Positions 24,318-38,278 are shown, counted from the first letter of the whole stretch. The stretch is DNA of 63,256 bases, filler included, from Choristocarpus tenellus KU-1152 (GCA_964200185.2; 13 parts of 13 records of this genome joined end to end with filler, not necessarily neighbours in it); one strand, 5' to 3'. The notes: generated by a model from the letters alone, not told the origin. Numbers and translations: made by a program.

Positions 24318-26870
24318 GTGAGGTGTATGTAGTCTTCTTCCTATGTGAATTTGAATTTGAATTTGAGGAGTACCTTGTTTCGGTTTGGAGTGGAGGAGGG
24401 GAGTTACAGTCTGATACATGTATGTATTTGTATTTACTGGACTATGAAGAAGAGATGACTCCCATCATTAAGGGGCATTGTCTAAGCATGTTGTTTTGCA
24501 TCTCTTTCCCGGGAGTGCCATGAGTTGAGGTAGGCGTTGTCGAACTTTTTGGGACGAGAGCTTGTTGACAAAAACAGCAGGGATCGGGGATCCATATATT
24601 TTTTTAAATAATATGTGTGCAACAACGTCCCTTGAGAAAAAAAGAACCCACACCTGTTCATCGTTCCGTGGGACTCCAGAAAATAATATATTTTTTTTAA
24701 GTCGACGCCTTCGCCTTTTGCCTATAGGGCTTGTGTGCGTGTGTGTGTGTGCGTTCTTTTACATCAGCAAACTATCCAAGGAGAGTATTGATGGTCAGAA
24801 GTGAGGTAGTTCAGGGGATAGATGAATGAGCTTCACGGCGTTGTGTGATGTAGTTCAGGGGCATCAACCTGCCAATGAACCTAGTGCTGCTGCTGCTTTT
24901 CTTCCTGTGAAGGGCTTTAGCTCTGTCAACGGATTTGCCACCGACTATTGATTGCTTGAGTGTGATGGAGTTGAAATGGTGCTGTGAATGTTCCCGTTGA
25001 TGTAACTGTCGGTTGCTTGTTTTGACCACCCCTGAGTCCGTTGGCTATACAGTATTCGCAACTTGAAATCAGTCGAAGTTATCTTGAGTAGTAGCCCGGA
25101 GGGGGTTGGTGCCGCTCTGACATTTTCGATGGCTCGCATTTTTGGAGGACATTTTTGGAGGAAGGATTATAATAGACAAGCACACTCCACACAGTCCTCT
25201 CAGGTGTGGAGTTGTGCTCTGTGTCTGTTTTGAGAGTTTCGCCGAGTTGGCAGACAGGAACAAATTATAATCCTCGCTATTTACACATACACACACACAT
25301 ACACACACACACCCTTTTTTTTTTAATGTCTTCATCTTTTCTTTTTTTTTTAATTTTTATATTTTTAAAATAAAATGGAAGAGTATTCACACAGCAGTGG
25401 GAAAAGCCACCGCCCACTCTCTCGGTTTCAGTTATTCTCTTTTTTTTTCTTTTTTCTTTTCTTGGTCTTGTGCACCAGCTTGGTCCCAGCACAGAATTGC
25501 CCATCCCCACAACAACAAACAGCTCAAACCAAAAGCCTTAGGTTGAGCTGTCTGTTGCATTGACAACCCCCTGAGAGTGAGTGTCGATTATTCTCACCAA
25601 AATTTGTTAAACCGCCACGCCAATGTTTAGCAAACCCTCCGACAAGAAGAATCAATTAACTAAACAAGAGTCAATAGTGGTGATTCCCTCCACCTCAGCC
25701 CCCCCCCGACAGAGGCTGCCAAATGGGGATTATGTGAAGTAGCCCTCAAAGCCCCCTTTTCTTTATTTTGGTTCACAATTCACCCCCACATCGGCAAGGG
25801 GCAAGGTATACAAGTTCACCGGTAAATCCCTTGTTGCTATGGTAGGGGAAGGCGTGGTACAGTTGACCACACGGTATTCACCTCCCTTGAGATGTCTTGT
25901 ATCTTCTATCGCTTCACATGAACATAAGAGCTAGAGCTGAATGACCACCGGTGCTTTGTTGGTTTGTTGCCCTTTTGTTGCCCTTTTGTTGAAGCAATCT
26001 GACAGGCTGGTGGGGAACGATCCCTAGACTTTTGATCTCTGACTTGTTTTACGATTGTGTTTGGTTGCTCCCTGTGACTTGTGGTAGTGAAAGATGCTTT
26101 ACTTTTACCCTCTAATCTCGCAGTGAAAGATTTTTTTTTTTCATAAAAAAACACTCAAGAGGCTTCCGAGCAAAATTCCTCTTGCCATTCTTGTCGATCA
26201 ATTGAAGTATCTGGGGGGGGGGGGGGGGCTTCCCCCGGGGGGTCCTTTGGGGCCCTTCCCNNNNNNNNNNNNNNNNNNNNNNNNNNNNNNNNNNNNNNNN
26301 NNNNTTAATTAATTAANNNNNNNNNNNNNNNNNNNNNNNNNNNNNNNNNNNNNNNNNNNNTTACCACGCCAACAGGGTATGTATGAGTGGGGGGGGGGAA
26401 GGGGAGGCAGGCAGACAAAACAAAATCGTGTGAGCTAGAGGCCGTACCATCGTACCGAGATCGCATTCACCGTAAAGATTCGTAAAGCGCTATTGCACTC
26501 TCAACATTCAGTCGTGTCAAGAGACACAATTATTTATTATTCCTTCCTCCGTTCCCCATCGGTACTTAGAACAAAATTATTCCTAAGAACAGTTTGCGGG
26601 GACGGGGCTATAAATGCACCAACAACGATGTTATTAGATTTTCAGTACTACCTATGGAAGTCTCGCACCAACCCACCCACTGACGAAGGTACCCTAGCTG
26701 AAACCTTCGTAGAAATATTCCAGTCAGAAATGTTCCAGCCGGCCGACAAGCTAGCGACAGAAAAGTAACACGTTCTTGACAAGGCACTTTTTTCCGCCCC
26801 AGCGTGAGTGTTTGAACTGACACAGAACAGAGAGGGCATTACAAAACGAAATAAAAATAATGCTTTGTAA

Positions 26871-26912
<42 letters not shown>

Positions 26913-27908
26913 TATATATTACAATATAACCGATGTCTACGCACACCACCCCAACGTAAACGAACGAACAAAAAAGTACACGACTCCGAAAACGTTACGT
27001 CGGGCGCTCGATGCGGCATGTTACCCCCCGGAGTGTTCGGTCACAGTCAGTCTGTAACATCCATCACCAGTCGGTTAGTCCGTATCGTTCCTTGTCCGAC
27101 GCAACAACTCTTGTTCATCGTCATGTCTGTCGTCAGGGCAACACACGATATTTTGTTGGTCAATGATAGTTAGTGTCCTTTGTCCAGCAAAACCTTCGGA
27201 CCCATTGCTCTACTGTATCCGTCATCCTACGAAGCGCTCGGGGGCATCTATTGGAGATCCAAAACATCTCTTGTCTAGAAAAAAAAAGAAAAAGCGCTTC
27301 AATCCCTTCAAGTTTCCGTTCCACATAGATAGAAGACGGCCGGGTCTGCTCGTGTTCGTACTGCGACGTCCAATCTTTTCGCGCACTCAAGTCTGATCTT
27401 CTAGTTAAAAAAGAAAAGAAAAGCAATCATGCGTTCAGAAAAGCAATAGGCGGGATGAAACGTAGGGGATACGGCAAATGCAACTTTTGTCTGCGGAGCT
27501 CGCTTGTAAACATAGTGTTAAAAGTCTGATCTTTGCCCAGCAAACGCTCGAAAACGTTTTTTCTATGCCACGCGCTGTTCACCACTACTGCTCACCAAGC
27601 ACTTGAGTCTGTTTTGTTCTTAACATCTGTATCCAGGACAATTCTCGTCGCCGTTTTGTCCACAACATCCATTGTCCAGACGAGTCGCCATTCCGTCGCG
27701 CGTAATGCACAAACACTTGACGCCGTGAGATACAGGACGGTTACGTTTTCTGAGGTGTGCTTGCTTATTACGTACCTTGAAAAGACCCATCCTCACGAAC
27801 CGCAAAAACCCTCCAGGTTCCACATTCCTTGAACTCTTGAGTACAGTGGTTCTACAGTGCACGTACCGAAAACATAAAGTACTACTAGGGTTAGAAAAAG
27901 GGAAGAAC

Positions 27909-28181
27909 GAGGAGAAGTATCTTAGGGTTAGGGTATGAGTTTTTTTTCCCTGTTTGTCCATTTGGGGCTTAGCTTCACGCAGGTTTTTGATGGCATTTTA
28001 CCTGTACTCCAAAATGTTTCGGAGTAGGTAACATGTATACATTATGAAAAGGAGTGTCCGGAACAAGGATATATTGACATCTCCCAACAAAAATGACAGC
28101 CAAAATTATATCAAAAATGCAGGCTTTGGATTTTGACCCCCAAATGGACGCGGCTCTACCCTCTAAGATATTTTTTGACTC
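27909..28181 (+). mobile_element. MITE family A copy 2
   Basis: Same body and TIRs as copy 1; TSD AAC; left TIR converted to TTAGGGTTAGGG. Confidence 0.9.
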
Positions 28182-28287
28182 AACAATACTTTAAACAATC
28201 AACAGTGACATGGTTACAGGGTGCCACAACCACCAACGCCGAAGATGAGTGGACCAATCAGGGCGCAAGGAATATCTCACTCAGTAT

Positions 28288-28573
28288 GAGCAAAAGTATC
28301 TTAGAGGGTTAGGGTTAGGGTACGAGATTTGCCCTATTTGTTCGTTTGGAGCTTGGCTTCCCACAAGTTATTTTATGACATTTACCTACTCCGAAATTTC
28401 CGAGTAGGTGAAATGTATACATTATTATTATTATTATGAAGAGGTGTGTCCAGAACAAGGGTATTGACACTTCCTAACAAACACGATAGCCAAAATTACA
28501 TCAAAATTGGAATGTTAGATTTTTGCCCCCCAAATGGACGTGCGGCTATACCCCCTCTAAGATACTTTCCCTC
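28288..28573 (+). mobile_element. MITE family A copy 3
   Basis: TSD TAT; 12-nt (TAGGGT)2 insertion in the left TIR. Confidence 0.9.
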
Positions 28574-29748
28574 TATTCGACTTTTCGCAGAATGAGCATA
28601 CGCTTCAGGAACGGATGCCACCTAATGTTGGTCTTCCTGTGAGGGAGGGACCACATGCAAGGACATGTTGGTGAGAAATCGCGTCTACATCTCCTGAAAA
28701 CAAAAAAACACTGCCTTCCATGCATTATCGAATTAAAAAAGACACCACAGCAACAGGTGTGCACATCACACACTCCCACAGTCACAGTGGTTTGCACAGA
28801 ACAGGATGAGATGATCACTTCCTCATGAGGCTTTCACTCATGAGAGCAAGGCAGCAGTAGCGACAAGTCTATCGGATAGCTCAGATACTCATCACTCCAT
28901 GCTTGTAACAACAACACGACCACACGGTGAGGCTAGAACAAAAATTGAGTAATGCAATTGGTAGAAGAGGTCAGAATGCTCATCTAGCACCGAAAATTAC
29001 TTGTTGAATCACCAGACGGGATGTTCCTCTGAACTCAACACATCAACATCCCTACTGCGCCACAGAGCCTACCTGCCGGGGATCAGGCATTGAGCGTGAT
29101 CACACCACCCACTCGCACCCAAAACAAAACACCAAAGACTGGTCACGTACTGTTCAATACCCTTCACTGGTCATGTACTGTTCAATACCCTTCACTACAA
29201 GTCATGTACAGTAGTAGCAGGTGTCCCCACGAACTGCCTCACAGAATGAATGCCCAACGGTTTACCAAAACACTTGGCAGCAACTCCAGACACTTCAGTT
29301 GGACAAGCCGCCTCCTGCCTGCCAAGAGGGGCACATGGTCTGACCCTGTGGCGGGCCAACGCCTCCAGAGTATAGTAGTGCACACGTGTTACAGGTAGTA
29401 GACCTTTCAACAAGAGACCTCATTTGCTACTGCGACGGCCCCTCCTCCCCCCCACCCCCGCCCCCCCCCTCCCCCCCCCGCATGGNNNNNNNNNNNNNNN
29501 NNNNNNNNNNNNNNNNNNNNNNNNNNNNNTTAATTAATTAANNNNNNNNNNNNNNNNNNNNNNNNNNNNNNNNNNNNNNNNNNNNGTGTAGACCCCCCCG
29601 CCCCCCAGATACTTTGGGTCAGTAGGAGTATCTGCAGTTATATACATACTTCACGCACACATTGCACAACATAATTTGCAGGGGAAAAAGATCGAATTTA
29701 CTTTTCTGGCGGGGGAAAAATCACTCTGCCAGATTGGATATTTCCTAC

Positions 29749-31118
29749 CTGTATCACTGGGGAAGTGGGGTCGATCTCTGTGACGCTAATGACGCCCCCA
29801 GGTCGTAAGACACGATGTGCCTCCACTAAGACGTTGCTGGTTGCAGCACACTTAATATTTAATGAGGGGTTGAGGAAACATACAAAAGGAAAGATAGCAA
29901 CAAGTTATATGATGTACTGCTTGAAGGGAAAACAATTCACGAAACCAAAAGGACAACAAGATATTAATGTGATGCATTACACACGGAGATATAGTCAAGA
30001 TCTGCTTGGGCGATGGAGGCAATCGGGACTGGAGATACACAATGAGTCCAATGACCTCATCACAAGCTCTCACCTATTCCTTGTGACAAAATATGGACCA
30101 AAATTTCTCAATTTTGCACCAATCCAGCTCTTATCAGTAGCAAGTGGATAACATAAGATTCAATACAGTAGATGCTGATTCTTGACTCTATACTCCACAA
30201 CAACTTTGAAATCTGTTGCAAACTGGCAAGAACAAATCAAAACCCAAGACTGGCTTCATGTAGGACACTTTAGATTCCATCAACTTAACTTTAAAGTTAA
30301 TTGCCATACCAATCCGCCAATCCTCCTACTATCTGGTTAGCAGCAGTCTCTGAATTGGCCTCAAAATTGTAGGCCCAATGATTTTTTGCTATATTTGATA
30401 CCCTGCCATGATCCTACTACAACATGATTGCAACTGATGCATTTTAGTCCAACGTCGGGTACTTGTACCTTTTTCGGTCCAGTATCAAAACCCTGGCCCT
30501 AAGCCCAAACAGTACCATACACTATTGCCTATTTTGCCTCTTAGGTTGTGGATGTCAAGGGAATCATTGATGGCAATAGACACACACTATGGGCTAATTG
30601 AGGCACAAACAATTCCATGCAGTAGAGCAAATGTTTGTGCAAGGTGTCATCAAAATATCTGAGCCTTAGGCGACAGTGAAATATAATGTTCAAGTGGAAA
30701 ACACGGGTGAATCTATTTCCAATTGTTGAAATGTTTGTTATAGGATATCTCAAATAGGCCCTCGATGAAGCAACAGTGCAGTCAAGAATTTATCATTTTC
30801 TTACAAAGCACGCACGTGTAACAGGCAGCTCGGAGATCACATGAAGGACACTTAGTGATGGACAGCAGACAGCATCAATTCTTCTTCGATGAACTTCTGT
30901 TTGTTGGAATGTTCTAACATTGTCTAGTAAAAATTGTACAAAACTAGAAAACATTGTCTAGTAAAAATGGCATAAAACTAGAAACCTTTGTCCAGTAAAA
31001 ATTATCACAATTTCATATTTGTGCGACAAAGGCTCTCACTAGTCCACGAACAGATCATGGTAACACCCAAAAAGTTTGTGTAAGTTTATTCAGCATTTAA
31101 TGTGAATTTGTGCGTGCT

Positions 31119-31155
<37 letters not shown>

Positions 31156-34100
31156 GTGAGTGAGGAAGTTGGATATGGAATTATTTCTTACCGGTAACTC
31201 ATGCACCACAAAGGGGATGGTGACGAGGTCAAAGCTCTCGTTTCCCAAACCTGTGCACTCGGCGTTGGAATGTAGCCACCTAATTCTCTCCTGGTCCAGT
31301 TCAATTTGTTATTTGGTCAGATTGTGAACTATTCAGAAAAAATACATGCAGCCACAGGCAGTCATTGATTCCTTCACTGGATGGTGCTGAGGGACAGGTT
31401 GAGCTACTTTTGTGAGGGAGAGTATGTGCGTTCACAGTTTCTCGAAAAAGGGATAAATCTAGTGGATAATCTAGCGACAATCGTGAGGTATTGTTACATG
31501 GTTGTATCTGCCTCTGCCATAAAGTCTGGACACTCTTTGCAGAAATCTTAGAGGGTAGAGTGTAATGAGGGAGGCACTGGAAGCAAAAAATGCAGAGTGT
31601 CAAAGTATCTTATTAAGAGAGGGTAGAACCGCGTCCATTTGGGGTTCAGAATCCAATGTTGCGATTTTGATGTAATTTTGGCTATCGTGTTTGTTGGGAA
31701 GTGCCAATATCCTTGTTCTGGACACACCTTTTCATAACTTATACATCTACCTACTCCGAAACATTTTGGAGTAGGAAAATTTAATATAAAACCCCGTGGG
31801 TAGCCAAGCCCCAAAAGGACAAACTGGGCAAAACTCGTACCCTCCTAAGATGCTTTCACTCAGACTTGGAACCCTTTGCAAAATCAAATGCTACATGTTT
31901 AAATAGCCTCCTCATTGTCACACACCATCATCAACCAGTCCATAGCCTTAATGATTGCCTCACGGTTAAATCATACACACATGTGCACAGTTTCTCAGCC
32001 CTTTCTGCTACTGCTACTCTATTGAGCTCCACTATTTGTCAAGATGTTGGAGCTTGAGAAACACGTTGCATCATTCAGCAGACTATTCTAAACCTGCTGT
32101 GACTCAATTAACATGTATGCATTGTATCCCTAACTCTGCATAACATTTGTTCAAAACTTCCTTGCCCAAGTCACACTGGGAGCCTCAGAACCCGCATTTG
32201 AGTGACCTAATGAAGACCCCAGTTACTTCATAATGAGGCCTGGCGACAGCATAGGTTGTCTCAATAGTATCGCATTCCATCCCTCTCTCTATAGGTCCCC
32301 TCTGAAATTAACTCTGGGTACTCCATCCCCATTGTTGAAGGTCAAGAGAACGACATTCAAAGTTCAATAAATAGACCCTGCCACCTACTCGTCTGATTGC
32401 AATGCCGACGCTGTGGAAAATGAGGGGTGACTGAGGGCATGGGATAGTCAGGGATGACTGCCTATAGCCCCCATGTCCCTCATACAAGCATGATGGTGGT
32501 GATCGAGCGATCAATAGCAGTAACCTCCATTTTAGCATGCTAATAGCAGATGGGTGATAGACACGGTCATGGCCTACGTAGCTGTATCCTCCTTAGAAGG
32601 TCTCTTCAACCTAGCAATGGTACCAAGCTCTATAATATAACATATCATGAGATGTTTCACAGTGGCCTTGCTCCCTGTGAGGGGGGTCAATGTCAACTCT
32701 GCCACAACGACTGTCGTCACCCCAAGGGACAGGATCGCCCTTCCCTACTCCAACGCAAGGGAGTATAGCACAGTAAGTGCACAACCCTCAGCAGTCAACT
32801 CTCTCCCTTTACAGTCCCTATGGGTGTTAAGGTTGTGCTATCCACGATGCCTAAGGAGGCTTGTTCGTGCCGTCAGGAATCCACAGATGTAGAAGAACAG
32901 ACACCATGAATGGGCGTTTTGTCACTGGAATGGAAGATGTAGGTACAAAATATCCAAATCAGGAACAACCACGGAGACCCCTAAACAACAACAGTGCCCC
33001 GCTTGAGGACACTTTTCTTTTAGCTCACCCACACAGAGGTTTCCTTCATACGGAAAATTTCTACCACGTTCTCTCGAGTAATTTCAGGAAGAGAATACAG
33101 GAGCAGATGGGAGGCACTGAGAGCGTTTCGTATTCCATGCTCTCAGGGGAGGATGGGGGCGTCAGAAACAACAGCAGCAGTGGCAGGGACAGCCCTACCC
33201 TTATCAGTGTGAACACAATTTTGCAACCGCATTTGTCCATCCCAAGTGCCAGGGTGCTGTACAACTTGATGTGATTTGGTGGAAATGTTGTTTGCAGTGT
33301 ATGCTCTACGAGGCAGTGCATGGCAAAGCACTGTGCAATCTGGTAGGTATAGGATGTCTTCTGACTTCTGTTTTAGTATCTCTCAGAGGCCCACAGCTTG
33401 GAGAGGCTTGGGCATCCATTCCCATCCAATTTTACTGTCCAACTTGATGTGCTATTCTTGGAGCCATTCTTGTACCTGTCCACAAAGTTGCTGGTGCAGT
33501 ATATTACGGTGCATACCAAACAAAAGTGATAATTTCTCCTTGAGGATGCTTCATGGACTGCAATGGGATGTCGGGATCAAATCTGGAGCGAGATCAGACC
33601 TTGAAGTTCGTTTCTCACGATGGTGTAAGTGTGGGATTTGCCATTGATAACGTGACACTGTAGTAGGGTATAGACCTCGATGAACATTTAGGAGGCCAGG
33701 TTCCTTCCCCCATTATGAAAGTAAACATTTTGACACTCGGTTAACTGCATCAAACCAGAGTTAAAGTGACAGGTAGATCTTAGATATTTTGAGATCAAGA
33801 GTAGTATGCAATTCCACACAATGAAAGCCCAATGCACTCCAAAATGCAACCATGGCAGACTGTCAAATACTGTACCGTAGGTTAAGTTACTTGAGGACTG
33901 GATATGTCAGACATACAGATGATGTTCAGACAGGTTTGATTAAAACTAGACTGTAGGTCAGCGGAAACTCAAGGCCATGTAACACACAAGTTGCCTCCTT
34001 CTCTCCCAACAATCTCATTTTCATCACTTCTTTCAACTTAAAACTTGAACCAAGGACATACAAGCTACATACAGAGCCACAATCTTCTGATTCATTCAGT

Positions 34101-37100
34101 CTTATCCAAACGCTCAACACCCCTGGCTAAATATTTTCCCTTTCATTGGAGCATCCCTAAGTCTATCCATCTGTGTCGTCAGAGGAACTTATCACCTACG
34201 TTGATACCAATGGGCCCGATCATCTACATCACACCTTTGGTCCTGTTCAAGCAAGGCAAGTGGTACTTCCTTCTAGGGATCGCTAGATAATAACATCCAA
34301 GGCTTCAACAGGTTGTGAGCCTGCAATGACCCACAGTACTGCTACAAAAGCACATCATACGCTTCAGCAACTCCTCAGAATCCTTGCACATGGGTTTGAC
34401 TCAGCACCACAGCATTGTCGAGTCAATCATGGATCAGATACTTCACCTCTCAACCTTGCAAACACAATGAAGCAGTCAAGCACAACCTTGGGTACTACAC
34501 CACCCATTTAACAGCTCTAAGATCACCTTCAGTCTACATATCTAACACATCATCTAACCCACCACAGTCACATCCCTGCGGTTACTTTACTCCAGCTGCA
34601 CAGCCAGTAAAATACAGGTCTATATAAGAGCAAGCAGGGCAGTTTGGCAACATAGCTTCTGCCTTCATAAATCAATGGCCTACTTGCAACTGAACAAAAA
34701 TGTCCTCAGGTAGTCCAGACTGTGCGGCAATAGGGGTCAAGAACTTCATCAATACATGACATGATGGAAGGGGATCGACCACACACCTTGGACAAACTAA
34801 CACTCATCACCACGTTATGCCCCTAAAAGTTGAGATGAAAACCTGCTTACGTTATGATATGTCTCACGACACTACATTTCAACAACACTCAATCCTGTCA
34901 GAAATATACACATTCTATATACCACGTCCATGCCATTTAGCTGTAACATTTAGTGACATGTCAATATAAGTGCGAAACGGCGCAATGAAAGTGTCCAAGG
35001 ACCACGAGAATCTCAGTACCTGTACCAAGTACTGCTATTAATAGAGAACCGTACAGTGCAGCCTAAGGCTCAAAGCTATGTTATGCCCGTAAAAGTGAGG
35101 ACAAAAAATACACGTAACATGTGTAACACCCAGATAGATGTCAATACAAAGATTAACATTGTGCTACAAATGTGTAATGGTGGCCAGGGTGTTCTATAAA
35201 GCACCATTCTTTGTTCATAGAACAAAAAATATTTTCAGAGTACTCTGAAGTGCTAAGCATCCCCTGTGCTCAATAGTTGAGATTGATGGGCGAGGGTAGC
35301 AAGAGCTGTCAATAGAAACTTCCAGCAAAGTGGGTCCATTGACTGGCTAGACATGTTTTCACACAATTTTCTCTGATCATCGTGCTAGAGGTCATTCTGA
35401 ACAACAGAAGACACCAAATATATATATATATATATTGAAGAATTTGCAACCTTTCCTAAAAGTATGCTCCAGCGCCAAAAATTGCATGGAAAGCTCTCAG
35501 AATGCAAACCTTTTGGGGAGGGCTGTTGGTTCTTGATGCAATGCTGCATTGTGAATACCGGTTGTGCTCCACTACTTCTATTGCATTGGAAAATTATATT
35601 TTTCTTGGAGCCTTGTCTTCATAAAAGAGAATTTTCTTTGTTCTTCTATGAATTCTGCATGTTACATCCCTCACATCCCTCCCTCCTGAAGAAAGAACAT
35701 TCCATACGCAGTGAACCATTATAGCCACAGCACCTCACTATCACACTGCATGCCGACTTTCCAATCCCCAATAAAGTACATAGGCCTTTTTGTTGACAAT
35801 TTACTCTTTTCAAAAATATTACCAATTTGAATACCGTTCTCGAAAAACACTCCCTAATGGAAAGAGGAATCACATCATCTTATGTCAACACCAGTCAAAC
35901 AGAATCTCTCCTCAATGCCCTTACATCTATTCCAATGCCCAACCCTCCCACACCTCTCTTGGCACTGGTGTAGTTAGTTATCCAACCTCCACTAATCAAC
36001 ATGACATCTCAAGGTATGCTCAAATATTTGTTTTATTCATAACTCCTACCCGTTCAATTGAAATATATATTTTTATTCGTCGATCTCTAAGGAATGAAGG
36101 CCAAATATAGAATGATATATATGGTAGATACATTAGGAGCTAATATTGCACTTTGCAGTGTGACTCATAATCCGCCCATACAAACATGCAGGGGTGCTAT
36201 CCAAACCATGCATATTGCAAGGAACGTAATATTGCTTCTTTCAATCACAGAAAATGCTTCTGCGAGGTTCGAGGGTTAGGGTTAGAGAGTGAATTGCGTC
36301 TTAACTTCATACCGACTAGCTCACAGGGTTATCCCCATACCAATCATACAACCAGTGATACTGCTGGGTCAAATAAGTAAATTTTTCCTCCGGGCATGTC
36401 CTTCAACTAACAAAAAGAATAAGACACCAACACCTCACCTCTGGGGATCCCTTTTCCCACCCTTCCTCCTGCATGTACTTAGCAACAGACAGGAAATAGG
36501 GGCTCAAGTCGATCCCTTGTAAGAGAGTCCAGGCAGTAAAAACGCCCACACAAGAGCAAACAGAGGAGTTAGCACTACAGAATTCCCAAAAAAGGTTGTA
36601 CACACCCGACACGCACAGATGAACAAGGGGGAGCATAGGTTGAAGGGGGGTGGTGGCATGGGTGTATGTTCCCTGTGCCTATCAATGCAAATCAGAGCAA
36701 ATAATGGAGCTTGAGCTTGAGACAGGCTACAGTGTTTTGGAGAACCCTCAAACTACCTCTGACAAGAATCGGGTTAGGGCTAGGCAGGTCAGTGTGGCGA
36801 TGTTAGGATTATCACCGCAAGCTTCAGTTGAAAGCTACTGTATCATCGTTGGATTAACACATTATATCACCCATTCCACCACTCTATTGAATGCCTTGAA
36901 ATAGATGTACTATGTAGGTATACAGCATGTATTCTGCGCATGTATCATAAATCTTAAGAGTCATGCCAAGATTGAGGTATGGTGAAACAGGCTAAAATGG
37001 TGCTACAGTTGCACCAATACAATGGACTAGATGATACAGTGAACCAATGGCATGCAACCACCCCTCCGTGTCAGTTGTTTCATCACGCGCTAGAGATTTT

Positions 37101-37717
37101 TTCGGGTGATTATGCATCACATCAGACACAAGTGTGGAGAATTCCATCCTCACCTGTGATTGCGGCTGATGGGTAATGCCTGGCCAAGTAACGTGTGGAG
37201 GTTCCCACAGAGCAGCCCAACTGTCCAAGTCCACCAGTTGACAAAACAGTCCAAGAGGTGATAGATGGGGTTACAGACAAGAGCTGCTTCGGATTGCATT
37301 AAAAAATATACAGTTCTACAAAAAAAAAGAAGCAAGGGCAAGAACAAATACGCAGAAGAATGTACACAAGGCTAACCCTGACCCTAACCCTAACCCTAAC
37401 CAATCATTGAGGGCAAAAATCAAAGGAATATCAAATTGTCCATCTTATCAAACACGATGCATACTAACCCAAGAGCAGAAATATGTGCCAATTTGGGGCC
37501 GTATGCGATAGAATCGTTGTTGTAAGTTGCGTATTTTTGCATGACACAGTATAATTCCCAGTCCTCCAACCCTCCCTCTCCCCATCCCACCCACCTCAAG
37601 GATGTCATTAGCAGCCCTAGCCCCCTGTTTACTCGAGTACCTGTCAATGAAGTCCATGTAGGATTTCCTCAAGCGCACCTGCGCCTCTTCTGCCTGCAAG
37701 TCCTCCTTGGGCCAGAT
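29749..37717 (-). CDS. Class I SAM-dependent methyltransferase (Methyltransf_11-like), five exons, partial
   Basis: Exons 37717-37595 (IWPKEDLQAEEAQVRLRKSY...DILE), 37220-37154 (LGCSVGTSTRYLA...), 36515-36439 (GIDLSPYFLSVAK...), 31290-31192 (IRWLHSNAECTGL...SFDLVTIPFVVHELP) and 29850-29749 (...EAHRVLRPGG...) are all in phase. SAM-binding motif I and downstream motifs are present. Confidence 0.92.
30917..31005. repeat. Tandem minisatellite, ~34-bp unit, about 2.5 copies
   Basis: AACATTGTCTAGTAAAAAT...AAAACTAGAA repeated. Confidence 0.8.
31597..31861 (-). mobile_element. MITE family A copy 4 (intronic, reverse orientation)
   Basis: Reverse complement of the family A body; TSD AGA. Confidence 0.88.
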
Positions 37718-37943
37718 CTGATCATGTGTGCACCCCAGAAAAAAAAAACGGAAATATTAAAACCTGTACCGCTGAGGTGAAATAACAACAAACGATCATG
37801 GGTCAAAGTATCTGGGAGGGGAGGGGGGGGGAGGGGAGGGGGGNNNNNNNNNNNNNNNNNNNNNNNNNNNNNNNNNNNNNNNNNNNNTTAATTAATTAAN
37901 NNNNNNNNNNNNNNNNNNNNNNNNNNNNNNNNNNNNNNNNNNN

Positions 37944-38042
37944 GTATCCATCTGACGTATACAACCAAATCACCTAAAAATCGCAACATGAAAAAATTGA
38001 CCCCAAATGGACAACCGCCACCCCTCCCAGATACTTTGAGCC
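37944..38042 (+). mobile_element. Sister MITE family A2, right end
   Basis: ...CCCCAAATGGAC...CCCAGATACTTTGAGCC; the same end occurs at 8560, 12460 and 29603, and its reverse complement at 23459, 26203 and 37800. Confidence 0.75.
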
Positions 38043-38278
38043 TTTGTTTGTTATTGCTATAGTTATATTAGTGGATACTAGTAGTGTAGTAGTGGCACCA
38101 GCAGTACGAAAATTCATAGTGATCCTCCAATAATACCTAGTTCAGTCGGCAACACTCACTCATCCATCAGTAGTAGCCCATCAATGTATCTACAACTATT
38201 GGTTGAGTAGGCGCTGGTAATGGGAGTAAGAACTACGAAATAATAATATACCACCATTACCGCCATCGAGTATGGAGC

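Noticed and set aside
29270-29350. GSDHVPL motif suggesting an EEP nuclease exon
   Set aside because: Short motif, ambiguous frame, no other EEP exons.
30805-30860. VISELP segment as a methyltransferase exon
   Set aside because: Wrong phase; the true HELP exon is 31290-31192.
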